Below are positions 34,138 through 42,660 of a stretch of DNA of 64,000 nt, piece by piece (position 1 is the first letter of the stretch; every line of letters starts with the position of its first letter). A program made the translations under genes and the position numbers. Origin of the DNA: Podarcis tiliguerta (taxonomy: Eukaryota); the NCBI GenBank assembly GCA_965153285.1, contig OZ229119.1, one strand, 5' to 3'. Under the pieces are notes generated by a model. It was given only the letters and a program-made list of their open reading frames with translations. It was not told the DNA's origin and made no database searches.

Positions 34138-34936
34138 CCTACCTCTGCATTCATTTCCGCTTTGCCCTTTCTGCTGTCGTCACTACGGCCTACACAAGAG
34201 AAAACAAAACAGGCCGCCGGTCCAACTCCAGGACCACCCTGGGGCCAAACTACCCCATGTTGTAAGAGACCAGGACAGGCAACCCCACCCCCACCCTGTG
34301 TGGCCTTTTCTTAATGGCAAGGATACATTTCCGAGGAGAGGGTTCCCTCCAGCCCTGGTTCCCGCCGTACCCGCCGCCGCCCCCTCCCCCACCTCCCCCG
34401 GGGGGTCTTCCCGGGGGGTTTCCTCCTCGGCTCCTGCCCCATCGGCCCCCGCCCCGAAAAGGCCTTCCTCGGAAGCGGAAGCGGTCCAGGGCGTTGTGGC
34501 TGCGCTCCCAGAAGGAGAGCCTGGGGCCGGAGTCCTGGTGCGAGCCGGGCGGCAGCCGCGAGCACGAAGACGACGGAGGCGGCGGCTGCTGCGGGTGCGG
34601 CCGGAAAGGTTCCTTGAGTCGGTAGCCGCCTCCTCCTCCTCCACCTCGGCCATGGAGGTGCCCGAGCTCAGGGGGAGGCTGGTGGCGCAAGTGGGAGAAG
34701 CGGCGAGACGAGGAGAGGAGGAGGCTGTTCCGCAGGTCGGGAGGCGGCCTACGCCTGGCGTAAGGGCCCTTGGTGGTGGGGCCTCCGCCGCCATCTCTAC
34801 TGCTGGGCTCCGGAGGCCCGCTGTCGTTGTTGTCGTCGTCGCTGATTTCCCCGTCCTCCAGCTCCCCTTCCTCTCGCGGAGAGAGGTCGCTCGAGGCCGC
34901 CGCCGCCGCCTTCCCCTCAGGCGCAGGAGCCGCCAT
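1690..34936 (-). CDS. ZFC3H1: ZFC3H1 zinc finger C3H1-type containing protein (PAXT adaptor scaffold); complete 35-exon CDS, 1993 aa
   Basis: 35 GT-AG exons join in consistent phase (sum 5982 nt). N-terminal acidic EEGELEDGEI motif, Pro-rich PLPPLPPLPPEEPEQPPKPPF, coiled coils, C3H1 finger CRFDLTGTCNDDDCRWQH, C-terminal helical-repeat region ending QLLFEASGGGKTDNLRKLVSKCQEVGVSLDELLNL. Adjacent to TMEM19 as in other vertebrates. Confidence 0.98.
1953..2015 (-). CDS. ZFC3H1: ZFC3H1 exon 34
   Basis: VHHLYQRAFQKLPLCATLWKD; 63 nt. Confidence 0.93.
2860..3181 (-). mobile_element. Sauria SINE (internally deleted)
   Basis: tRNA-derived head GGGACGCGGGTGGCGCTGTGGG, B-box-like GGTTCAAATCC, (ACCTTT)n tail; homologous to 31253-31595. 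Confidence 0.9.
3459..3498 (-). CDS. ZFC3H1: ZFC3H1 exon 33
   Basis: AIAAECFLKGQRE; 40 nt; fits phase on both sides. Confidence 0.9.
4108..4209 (-). CDS. ZFC3H1: ZFC3H1 exon 32
   Basis: LLQQHWEESNVQILKLQAKMFTYNIPTCLAIWK(I); 102 nt. Confidence 0.94.
4319..4521. mobile_element. End fragment of a Tc1-like transposon with IR/DR structure
   Basis: TA|CAGTT start; outer repeat GAAAAGAAAGTACACC and inner repeat GAAAAACTAAGTACACC ~100 bp apart. Confidence 0.65.
4547..4894. mobile_element. Tc1/mariner-type MITE
   Basis: TA target duplication; TIRs CAGTGGTGCCCCGCAAGACGAA / TTCGTCTTGCGAGGCACCACTG; internal GCTAAT repeats. Confidence 0.9.
5333..5458. mobile_element. Palindromic hAT-type MITE (degenerate)
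   Basis: Inverted arms GGGTCTCCA...GCTGTTTTGGGATTATAACTCCCATCAT / GATGAGGGGAATTGTAGTCCAAAAGCAGCTGGAGACCC; same family as 41365-41500. Confidence 0.75.
5624..5724 (-). CDS. ZFC3H1: ZFC3H1 exon 31
   Basis: VIFFYLSCIPKSQHSKELERFCSTMPANPGLAF(R); 101 nt. Confidence 0.94.
6360..6525 (-). CDS. ZFC3H1: ZFC3H1 exon 30
   Basis: YLVFINGK...FTDLVNRCLVTVPTRYPIPFSTADYWTNYEFHNK; 166 nt. Confidence 0.94.
6607..6711 (-). CDS. ZFC3H1: ZFC3H1 exon 29
   Basis: LYQSLHGSSGDAVDAYEAALG...QIWI(D); 105 nt. Confidence 0.92.
7484..7594 (-). CDS. ZFC3H1: ZFC3H1 exon 28
   Basis: YFLNFPMPIEF...IPYLWQIY(C); 111 nt. Confidence 0.92.
8658..8752 (-). CDS. ZFC3H1: ZFC3H1 exon 27
   Basis: NRSDSIPPLLQAFVAAFFES...VDLL(R); 95 nt. 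Confidence 0.9.
9388..9586 (-). CDS. ZFC3H1: ZFC3H1 exon 26
   Basis: WEAAIELCKSLL...FYFMCKFFILQ; 199 nt. Confidence 0.92.
9984..10089 (-). CDS. ZFC3H1: ZFC3H1 exon 25
   Basis: (D)AIQSCTSEDS...LPLYRNMVILQQLLE(R); 106 nt. Confidence 0.92.
10340..10385. repeat. (ATT)n/(AAT)n head-to-head microsatellite
   Basis: Direct reading. Confidence 0.85.
11317..11554 (-). CDS. ZFC3H1: ZFC3H1 exon 24
   Basis: NALKSESEPVLVQHLTISDRCLAWLSYIHL...LAVFE; 238 nt. Confidence 0.93.
12226..12417 (-). CDS. ZFC3H1: ZFC3H1 exon 23
   Basis: FLNLENSFDGKDYVCGRMLQFL...VALFQ; 192 nt. Confidence 0.93.
12863..13049 (-). CDS. ZFC3H1: ZFC3H1 exon 22
   Basis: SSSERLDSALNVLARALENNK...YKIWWT; 187 nt. Confidence 0.92.
13706..13889 (-). 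CDS. ZFC3H1: ZFC3H1 exon 21
   Basis: (A)PAVQNRINL...YFTNETDDISNLEASVLENP...NQNE; 184 nt. Confidence 0.92.
14480..14599 (-). CDS. ZFC3H1: ZFC3H1 exon 20
   Basis: (T)PPFTTWKDKRKWRPK...GPIKY; 120 nt. Confidence 0.92.
14760..14861 (-). CDS. ZFC3H1: ZFC3H1 exon 19
   Basis: (E)KYVEKLFGVNKDRMAMDQMAVLL...KGH; 102 nt. Confidence 0.93.
15258..15379 (-). CDS. ZFC3H1: ZFC3H1 exon 18
   Basis: QHMKDCTLSRRQLFEDVLSYNLALIGC...; 122 nt. Confidence 0.93.
15823..15862. repeat. (AAC)n(AAT)n microsatellite
   Basis: Direct reading. Confidence 0.9.
16218..16443. mobile_element. Tc1/mariner-type MITE
   Basis: TA duplication; TIRs CAGTGGTACCTCTGGTTACGAA / TTCGTAACCAGAGGTACCACTG. Confidence 0.9.
16989..17120 (-). 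CDS. ZFC3H1: ZFC3H1 exon 17 (C3H1 zinc finger)
   Basis: (R)FSPYFRTKEK...CFCRFDLTGTCNDDDCR(W); 132 nt. Confidence 0.95.
17751..17860 (-). CDS. ZFC3H1: ZFC3H1 exon 16
   Basis: EIKVDVDPF...PYHSPLLVFKSY; 110 nt. Confidence 0.93.
17960..18508 (-). CDS. ZFC3H1: ZFC3H1 exon 15
   Basis: PNKILKLEKSPSSSPKKHSAELIALEKKRLQ...NLHGQ; 549 nt. Confidence 0.94.
19715..19846 (-). CDS. ZFC3H1: ZFC3H1 exon 14
   Basis: IHRVQQRVTAKKALALKYGEELARAK...DHFG; 132 nt. Confidence 0.93.
20017..20191 (-). CDS. ZFC3H1: ZFC3H1 exon 13
   Basis: LLLMKDESVLKHLLQQEAKKK...KKLQEQ; 175 nt. Confidence 0.93.
21007..21153 (-). CDS. ZFC3H1: ZFC3H1 exon 12
   Basis: (S)REKQRLIISEPLK...EAKLKKH; 147 nt; TAGCAG tandem acceptor. Confidence 0.9.
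21433..21551 (-). CDS. ZFC3H1: ZFC3H1 exon 11
   Basis: ASKPKAPLKSEKEN...EYRLLKEEIA; 119 nt. Confidence 0.93.
22543..22884. mobile_element. Composite non-autonomous DNA element with duplicated left end and captured LINE-tail fragment
   Basis: CATACC(C/T)TCCAACATTTCTCCAAT at 22543 and again at 22748; right end TTGGAGGGTCTG; same layout at 37980-38349. Confidence 0.7.
23038..23175 (-). CDS. ZFC3H1: ZFC3H1 exon 10
   Basis: LPKHKSVVVTLNDSDDSESD...GLESMIKEARRTVE; 138 nt. Confidence 0.94.
23427..23591 (-). CDS. ZFC3H1: ZFC3H1 exon 9
   Basis: ENSSNSGPPSPP...PRLPRTVIT; 165 nt. Confidence 0.92.
24101..24304 (-). CDS. ZFC3H1: ZFC3H1 exon 8
   Basis: ALPPGSQLY...PLPPLPPLPPEEPEQPPKPPFADEEEEEEMLLREELLKSLANKRAFKPE; 204 nt. 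Confidence 0.93.
24952..25049 (-). CDS. ZFC3H1: ZFC3H1 exon 7
   Basis: (A)SSPVQPPYFECPAGYFSP...AAQIS; 98 nt. Confidence 0.9.
25124..25363. mobile_element. Tc1/mariner-type MITE
   Basis: TA duplication; TIRs CAGTCGTACCTTG / CAAGGTACGACTG; internal 23-bp hairpin. Confidence 0.9.
25607..25730 (-). CDS. ZFC3H1: ZFC3H1 exon 6
   Basis: SSDKDLRRSLDKQ...YDNYDEVAMDTESETNSP; 124 nt. Confidence 0.92.
27613..27839 (-). CDS. ZFC3H1: ZFC3H1 exon 5
   Basis: (A)KQALRKQQTKVWKKLQQQKE...SRSK; 227 nt. Confidence 0.93.
27979..28177 (-). CDS. ZFC3H1: ZFC3H1 exon 4
   Basis: KLLDEEEEVSELQLRLLALQSAS...TSTA; 199 nt. Confidence 0.9.
28478..28539 (-). CDS. ZFC3H1: ZFC3H1 exon 3
   Basis: (A)VDEKEQGEQHLSPSGAAVEK; 62 nt; restores phase between exons 2 and 4; GTAAGT donor. 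Confidence 0.85.
29602..30021 (-). CDS. ZFC3H1: ZFC3H1 exon 2
   Basis: (S)KSFGKSPSRKQ...LLKYKQIQLELEYI...DASQ; 420 nt. Confidence 0.93.
30635..30876. mobile_element. hAT-type MITE (degenerate) with internal 26-bp tandem duplication
   Basis: CAG...GTCCAAA / TCTGGACACCACTG ends; GGCCC subterminal motifs; CTCAACAACTTCAATCCTAAAA twice. Confidence 0.55.
31253..31595 (+). mobile_element. Sauria SINE (slightly 5' truncated)
   Basis: B box GGTTCGAATCC; core GTGCAAGTAGATAAATAGG; tail GGGGTACCTTTACCTTTAC. Confidence 0.9.
34084..34136. repeat. (CT)n(CA)n compound microsatellite in ZFC3H1 intron 1
   Basis: Direct reading. Confidence 0.95.
34327..34936 (-). CDS. ZFC3H1: ZFC3H1 coding exon 1
   Basis: MAAPAPEGK...EEGELEDGEI...WREPSPRK; 610 nt; donor GTATCCTTG. 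Confidence 0.95.
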
Positions 34937-35106
34937 AAGGGGGTTTACTCAGCCGCTCACCGACGCGGCAGGGAGCGGCTTCGAACTGACGTGCACGCGA
35001 GCGAGCGCACCGTTCACTTTCGGTTCCTTGGCCGTGTGCCGCCGCGGCCCAGTCAGACCCCAAACTTGTACGCGAGACACCACCCTTTCCCCGTTTGCTG
35101 GCGCCT

Positions 35107-35120
35107 GCTCTCGCGAGAGC
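35107..35120. promoter_or_regulatory. TCTCGCGAGA palindrome (BANP / ZBTB33-type promoter motif)
   Basis: GCTCTCGCGAGAGC, a perfect 14-bp palindrome ~170 bp upstream of the ATG. Confidence 0.75.
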
Positions 35121-35229
35121 TCAGCTCCGGCTTCTCTCGCTCGCGCTCTCCCGCTCCCCCTCCCCACCGTCGCGCTTCTCTTTCCTCCGAGAAGGGGCAG
35201 CGAAAACATCACAAAGGGGACGTCGAACG

Positions 35230-35250
35230 GCATGATGGGAGTTGTAGTCC
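35230..35250 (-). promoter_or_regulatory. ZNF143/THAP11-type ACTACAnnTCCCA motif
   Basis: Reverse complement reads GGACTACAACTCCCATCATGC; motif typical of bidirectional CpG-island promoters. Confidence 0.75.
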
Positions 35251-37979
35251 TCCGCTATGTGTCGGCAATGGGCAGCGGTGGGGGTCGCCCGCCTGTTCAG
35301 CAGCAAGTTCTACACAGCAGAATGAGAAATAACGGTGCTTTTACAAGTAGAAGTTTAAAGAGAAAGGGCTGGTTCTAGAATTGTATCCCCTCAGAGCGGC
35401 CGTTTCAGTGGACAGTGAGGCGACTCCTTTGGGGCGCAGCAGGGTCGTCACAAACGCCGCTCGTGACGCTTAGAGTGAATCTAGGCCCCAAGCGACTCCG
35501 CTGCCGTAAGATGTGGTATCAGATTCACGGAGGGTGAGATTATCGATAGGGAACGAGGCAAAGATGGCTCTAGGCTGCCTCCAAGATCAGAGGCTCCTAT
35601 CCGTTGACCCGCTTTCGGAGAATACTGAAGACGCGCCTCCTTTCCCTGACCTTTGACACCGTTTTTTTTTCGGGATCCACCCTACTGTTACTTAACTGTT
35701 GTTTTTTATTTTGAAAAAAATTAAATGGTTGCAGCCTGCCCTGGGAACTGCTGCTGAAGGCCAGGTAATCTAACTTAATCATAATAATTAAATAACAGAA
35801 AGAACACTAGGAGACAGCTGTTGTTGCCCTCATCACTTCATGGTGGGGCATCCCATAAACATCTGGCTCTCCACTGTGGGAAATGGGATTCCAGGCTACA
35901 AAGGCTTTGGGTGTAATCCAGTAAATTTTTGTGTGTGTTTAGGGTAAAGCAATCTAGAGAAATGGGTGTCGTTCTGCAGTGAGGTGGCTACCTATGATGA
36001 TGATGGTGATAATAATACTTTATTATTTATACCCCACCCATCTGAAAAAGTTCTCAAGTTGTTATTTTCAAGAGGCGTATGAGGTCATCTGGAATATGTA
36101 ATTAAAACGCGTCAGCTGTCAAGCTACAAGACCTCAGTGTAGCTCATACTACTATTGTCATTTTCCAAATACACACACAAGAGTTTTGTGGCACTTTTGC
36201 AAATACTGTATGGGGAAGGATCCTATGCTTCACTCACTCGGCTAAGTGGCTTACATGGCAGAAGCCCTTTGATGCTACTGCTATATGAGGTATTCTGACA
36301 CAACTGTGCAGATACACCAATGCAACACCGCTGTGTTGACACAACTCCAGTGTAGCAGCCAAGCAGTGTGGAGACATTGGCAGGACAGGGAGGAGCAGAC
36401 CTTGAACATCTTGAATGTGTCCTCAACAATGGCAGAATTTACACAGCCCATGATGCTGGTCTAAGGAAAATTTCTTCCATTCACTTTGGTAGAAACAGGA
36501 GGGGGATCACTACCTACCCACATTGCCTTGATAGATTATAAGCAGGCTGGATCCCTAGATCCAAAGTGTATGCTAAATACACTCTTCAACAGGAGAGAGC
36601 CCCCAGCAGAGTTTAAAACCACAAAATCACGCAGCGCAGTGAAGCATGAGGAATATAGGCTGTTAGACCTTTTGCTTCTCCTCTCTACCCCTCTCTCAAT
36701 GAACAGAACACACTGCTAATAAGTTTAAATACTTTACTTAACAACTCCAAAGATCAGATTCATGCGTTATTCCATGCAGCAGCAAGAACACAGGTAGAAA
36801 ATTTTTGTGTTACAAAATACAGAAAAAATATTTCTGAGCACGCGGTCTGGACTTGAAGCAGTCGAGTTTAAGTTGAGTGTACTAAAGAACAGGAGATGGA
36901 AGATGAGGCTGGCTGAGTGTCATGCCTCACTGGACAACTTAAAGGTACAGCGTCAGCAGGGCTGGCATCAAGGGTCAGCAAGGTCAGGCGCCTGCTGAGG
37001 ATTCACAGCCCAGCAAGGGGCCCTTTAACAAGAGCCCCCTGGATCTGCTACAACAAAGTGGTAGACTCACCAAGGGAGGGGGCCCATGCTAAAGTGCCCT
37101 CTGAAACCTGAAGTTGACAGTGAGCATCAGTCTTAAGTGACTGGATAGCTAGGGTAATGTTTTGGAAACACTGCAATGCTATTCATGCTCCAGAAACAGT
37201 ACATTCCACTGAACACAGTTTGACTTACTTTTGAGTAAGCATGCATCCTATGAGCTTGTAATTTAATTTCATTTTCTAAGAATTGTCCTTTTAATCCTGG
37301 GATATGCATATAAAAAAATAATTATTAGAACTGAAACCTGCAGCAGAATATTTTTACTGTTCTCCTAAAATGTACAATTGGTATCCTTTTGGTATATCAT
37401 TCTAGATACTGATTGGACTGTGGGAACCTGATTAACGATTTACTTTATTTTGCAAAACACGAGGAACAAGTTTCTTCTTGTTTAAGGAGAATGCTTATGA
37501 GACAAAGAAGAACTTTTCAACTAGAGCAATCCTATGTCTGAAGGAATGTCATACCACATACTGGACACTCTGTAGCAGAGATGTCTAAAATGTACCCAAA
37601 TCTTATGTTAGCTCTCTTTTCCTTTGTTATCAGTTAGTATCAGTTTCTGCTTTACATCATTATCTAATAGAGAAAAGGAAAGTGTTTGCTCAGAGGAAAT
37701 ATTTGAAGTATAGTGACAATTAAGTAGCAAGCTACTGTGTGCTTCCTGAATTGGATGTGTTTAGATACAGTGGCAAGGACCATTTTAAATTTCAGAAAAT
37801 CACATACAGTACAGTATGTAGTTCTAACCTGCTTAGTACATTTCACTGAACTCACTGGGCCTTACATCTGGAAAACCCTTCTTAGTTTAATGCTGCATGA
37901 CTGTACTTAGAAGGGAGCTAAGTCGCATTAAAGCAGGCTGATTTGCTGTTTGAGGCAAAACAGAAACCTATGGCAAATG

Positions 37980-38349
37980 TATACCCGCCAACATTTCTCC
38001 AATGAAAATAGGGACATCCTATTCAATAATAATAATACTAATAATTTTTTTATTTATACCCCGCCCATCTGACTGGGTTGCCCCAGCCTCTCTGGGCAGC
38101 TTCCAACATATATATTTTTTATTTTTTTAATTCCCTATAGAGGGCTGCCTTCAGATATCTTCTAAAGGTTGTATAGTTACTTATTTCCTTGGCTCAGGGG
38201 TCGCATAGATCCATACCCTCCAATGTTTCTCCGATGAAAATAGGGACATCCTAAGGAAAAGTGGGACATTCTGGGATCAAATCAGGAACCAGGGCGGCTT
38301 CTGTAAATCTGGGACTGTCCCTGGAAAATAGGGACCCTTGGGGGGTCTG
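37980..38349. mobile_element. Second copy of the composite DNA element
   Basis: ATACCCGCCAACATTTCTCCAATGAAAATAGGGAC, LINE-tail fragment, repeat of the left end at 38212, right end TTGGGGGGTCTG. Confidence 0.7.
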
Positions 38350-39629
38350 CAACAAGGCAACCTGGGAAAGCTCCAGCATGCTGAAGGAGGCAGGGGAGAA
38401 AAAAAAGGAAGCTGGAGGGGAGCAGGCCGTGGCAGAGGGGTGAATGGAGGAAGAGGAGGCTGTGGTGGGTGACAAGCACAGGAGGCAGTGAACGGCATGC
38501 TCCTCAAGGCCTGGATCTGCTGCCCTTCCCAGCTGGCCCCAGCCTGTTGCCTGAGGTGGTGACTTCCTCATCTAGCCTCATGATGGGTTGGCCCTGCATT
38601 AAACACAGTGGTGCTTACTTCTGAATAAGCATGTGTAGAATCTGCCTTATAAATATTAAGCGAACTGTGGTATTGCTTGACACCTTCCTGTATTTCATTG
38701 CTGATAAAAGACACTGGGTGGGTGGATCTCTGAGGTTGAAGGAGGAGAATGCCTGCACAGGCAGGGCTTTGCTGTGAGGCCTGAGGCTTAAGCACGCCCT
38801 GACTTCTTGCATTTCTCAGTGCTGTTCCGTTCCCCCAACAAAATGAGTCGTGAGAAAATTTAAGTTCTGCAGCACATAGTAGCTGAAACAAGGCGAGTGG
38901 AACTAATTTTCTGTGGGTGAAAAGAATGAGCAGGAAAACCTGTCCCACTACTCCATCAAGATGCTGCTGGTGGCTGCTTAGTTAATATGCTACTTTTGAT
39001 ATTTTCTCAGGATTTCAACCTGTGGTTTTGAGTTACTTATTTTACCTTCATCTTCTACTCCCTGAATTCATTCTCTGGAACAGGTAAGGAATACTGATTA
39101 ATTCCCACGCTTTCAGTGTAGTGGCTTATTAATTTCTTGCTATATATTTTGTTTTTAAGTATAATATTTTAATGCATTCTTTGGAATCCTTTGAAAACAT
39201 TCCTTCTAACACAAGCTGTGTACACACTATACAGTACATTCACATTCTTTCCCTCAGTGAATTCTGGGCACTGTAGTTCCCCTCATAGAGTTACAATTCC
39301 TAGCAGCCCTTTGTAAACTACAGTGCCCAGAAACCTTTGCAAAGTCCAATAGTAGTAATGAAAGACAACACAATGTTGCTGCTAGCCTTCTGGGAGAAGC
39401 AATTACCAGATTAACTCCATTGATGTTCTTTTAATCCTCATCTGTGCCTGTTGCTTGCAGACCAACTGTAGCCTGGTAGGTTGCTCAGACTATTTAGGAA
39501 GCTTCCTAGAAACACTGGTAGGTTTGGGATCAGATGTTCATTTACTGTATTTTGGGAGCAAGTCTCTAGGCTAGCACTGCTTGTCAGACTTGCTTTTGTT
39601 GTTGCTGTTGGGAAGCCACTTGGATTACC

Positions 39630-39760
39630 TCAGCCTTTGCCAATCTAGTGCACTTCAGAAATTTTGGACTGCAGCTCTCATCAGCACCAGTCAGTATGGT
39701 CCAGGATGATGGAAGTTGTAGTCCAGAGCTTCTGGAGGGCATCTGGTAGTCAAAGGCTGG
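39630..39760. mobile_element. Palindromic hAT-type MITE (old copy)
   Basis: CAGCCTTTG...GGACTGCAGCTCTCATCA / TGATGGAAGTTGTAGTCC...CAAAGGCTG. Confidence 0.6.
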
Positions 39761-40060
39761 TCTGCCTGATTACTGAGCCTTAGAATGCTGAAAACATTCT
39801 TGCATAGAGTTTTGGTTCAGGTTTGACTGCCCATTGAAGTCCCTGGTAGTGCTGCACTGTCCCAAGGTATTTTGCTGCCTAAAGCAGAGCTCAGATGTCT
39901 CCACCAGCATTTTCCCTAGGGCTAATCCATTTAAATGTGTTGCTGAATTTTTTAAACACCAGTTTCTACTTTTCTCTGTGCGCCCCATCTAAACCAGATC
40001 ACTTCACCTTGCTGGTCAGCAGGAGTGGCATTGGTTCCTAGAGTATCCTATCCTATAATG

Positions 40061-40196
40061 CAGGTTTTAGGAAACTTTGAATCTCCACATGTTGCCAAAC
40101 TGCAACTCCCATCATCCCTGGCCATTGGCTATGCTGGCTGGTTGATGAGAGTTGTAGTTCAGCAACATCTAGTGCACAAAAGGTTCCCCACACCTG
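40061..40196. mobile_element. Palindromic hAT-type MITE (old copy)
   Basis: CAGG...ATGTTG...AACTGCAACTCCCATCA / TGATGAGAGTTGTAGTT...CAACAT...CCTG. Confidence 0.65.
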
Positions 40197-41364
40197 CTAT
40201 AAAGCATTAGTGAACAACCAGCTGAGGAGCTGCATGTGGCCCCTAACCTCATTTTATGCACCCTCTAATGCTTCTCAAAGGTGCCCCATTATTCCATCAC
40301 TGGATCAGTTACTGTTTGTTTCCTCCTTGTTTTTTCTTGGTTTTGAAAGTGTTTTTTCCTCTCCTCTTTTTGTATAGTTTCAGAAGAACTGGAATGCGCT
40401 GTATTGTGTTTGATCAAAATTAATTTATTCCTTTTTTTAAAAAATGCTGATTGTATGGGTTAGGAAAAGTAAGTTGACAACAAACTGGAAGGCTTTTGAC
40501 ATGTGTGTTCTCATAGCTAGGGGTGTGGGAGAAGTTCAGGTCACTTCATATTTTCAGGTGTGCATATCAAATTTGCACTTTGCAGAACAATATATAAACC
40601 AAACCACAGCCATCCATTGAAACTTGTAATGCAGTTGTCCAGGCACGTAATGTGTTACAAAAATGAATATATTTCTGTGAGGGTACATAAAAAGGCATAT
40701 TTCCGTGAAAATAACGTGCAAAATGCATTATTTCATTATATTAGGGAGAATGCTTTGCAAAAATATGTTTATTAGGCAAAATTGCATTAAAAATGTATCG
40801 AGAGAAACTCACATTAACATGTTGATGAATTTTCATGTGAATTTCATGAGAAATTGTTGCAGAAATATGGACAACTGAATTTTAAGGTTGGAAAAAGGAG
40901 AGAACCAAAATTGGCAGAGCCATCCATCTTTGCCTGTAGCACAAACAATTCAGAAAGGGATTACTTCAGAAAAGGATGAAGCCTACCACATTTCAGAATG
41001 GTAGCAGCCAGGTTCTCCTACAAAGGTAGATTTTACCATTTTGTGGTTGGTACAATAGGCATGTGGGGCAGTGGAGAAGAAAAGAACATGGATTCCCACG
41101 AAAGGCTGAGGTGGGATAAAGATCACCCCCAACAATTACCCTGTCACCTCAAGAGCTGTAGATGGGTATGGACTTATATTCCCCACTATTGATTTTAGGG
41201 GAAACAGCTTTTCCCTACGAGAGAAGTTTCTCCATTGACACCCATAACGAAATAGATCCTTGTGAAAGGCACACATGGTTTTTAATCCCTCCCCCAAAAC
41301 ACTGGAATTGGAGTGACATGCGAAAATAATTCACTATGGTTAGAAGCTAACTCTAACTCTAAAC

Positions 41365-41500
41365 CAGGCACCCCCAAACTCGGACCTCCAGATGTTTTGG
41401 GACTACAACTCCCATCATCCCTGACCACTGGTCCTGTTAGCTAGGGATGATGGGAGTTGTAGTCACAAAACATCTGGAGGGCCGAGTTTGGGGATGCCTG
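41365..41500. mobile_element. Intact 136-bp palindromic hAT MITE
   Basis: 8-bp TSD CTCTAAAC (41357-41364 and 41501-41508); 58-bp inverted arms with 3 mismatches; 20-nt spacer. Confidence 0.93.
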
Positions 41501-42660
41501 CTCTAAACCTTAGGCAAAAGGGAAAGGAGGCAGATTGGGAGCCAACTCCTAGGAACTCCCTTTACCTCCCCATAAAAGCTGATAGGCATTGCCATTCAAG
41601 TGGTGTGTGCATCCACCAAGTATTCTGATTAATTATGCGGGGCAGAATTTACCTGCCCCCCCATTTTTTTATTCAGGTTGGCACCCCTACTTAAAGCTGC
41701 TTACTTAAAGCAGTTGTTATCAATAAAATGTGCACTTATGTGCTCAGGACAGCAAATCATTTCCTTGTGCAATTTAGGGAGATGTCTCTCTGGATAATAA
41801 TGCCATTGGATCATATTCAGAGCCAATTTAAAAGAGTGTTGCATTATGCATCACAATTAGCATGCTCAAATCTGCTTCAAAGGAAGATCAGAGCTAATCT
41901 ACTAAAAGCTTATCCCTGGTAAGGGTTTCAAAAGCAATGCTGGGATGCCTTTTGCTGTGGAATGCTTATTGGAAGAGATACTCAATTTCAAATATAATAT
42001 GCTTCTAGTGACTTAAATTCAGTCAATGGAAATTTTCCATTTGATTTACCTACATGGGAGGATATTAACTTCATTTATGTAAATGATCATGAATGTATAG
42101 GTCAGGATGGCCCACTTTTCATACCAAGTGGGCTGCAATAGTACTTTGACATGGAACCCATGGGCTGCACACTGCTTTGTATCGCAGGGCAGGGGGGGGG
42201 GAGGCTAAAATTTGACACACACACCAGCCCTTGCAAAGCCTACTGCACCAGGCTTTGAGAAGGAGACATGAGACTCTGGCAGGTCCAAGAGCACTCCCAC
42301 CTCCTTCCCAAAGCTGGGGAAATGCTAACTAGGCTTTGGGAAGGAGGCAGAAGGACTCTAGGACCCTGCTAGCGCCCTCATGCCTCCCTCCTAAAGCCTG
42401 GCATCTCATTTTACCCGGCAACAAATATTGCCAAAAAGGCGCAGCCCTCCGGCTATATGGAGGTATTCTTGCACCAATTTGTTTTAATGATTATACAATA
42501 AGCCTAATTCATCTTCTGCTTAGAACACTTGCACTGCCCACAAATTTATGCCAGACAGCACCTTCAAACATACCTTAGTTAAGCAGATGAAAGAAAAACT
42601 GTGTACAGCCTTTCATATGGTAGAACCAGTTAAGTGTTTTTCACATGTCTCACCATATAC

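Larger units (their letters stand above)
30022..34326 (-). other. U12-type (minor spliceosome) GT-AG intron 1 of ZFC3H1
   Basis: 5'SS GTATCCTTG; branch-like TTTTCTTAAT (30033-30042) about 12 nt from the AG; no polypyrimidine tract. Confidence 0.85.
34200..35680. promoter_or_regulatory. CpG island / ZFC3H1 promoter (probably bidirectional)
   Basis: Very GC- and CpG-rich segment over exon 1 and upstream; contains BANP- and ZNF143-type motifs. Confidence 0.9.

Noticed and set aside
34183-34794. 203-aa alternative-frame ORF within ZFC3H1 exon 1
   Set aside because: Stop-poor frames are expected at this GC content and I see no recognisable motif. It cannot be supported without conservation or ribosome data.
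34007-35332. 441-aa plus-strand ORF and other overlapping ORFs across the CpG island
   Set aside because: Antisense shadow of GC-rich ZFC3H1 exon 1. It runs through a (CT)n(CA)n microsatellite, is low complexity and has no domain.
36300-37000. Possible THAP2 or transposase remnant (SLDPK; LSVLKNRRWKMRL)
   Set aside because: Only a few residues resemble THAP2 or hAT motifs, with no C2CH ligands or extended similarity.
38760-38850. RLK...AVP words resembling the THAP AVPTIF box
   Set aside because: Different frames, an intervening stop and no upstream CSKHF; consistent with chance.
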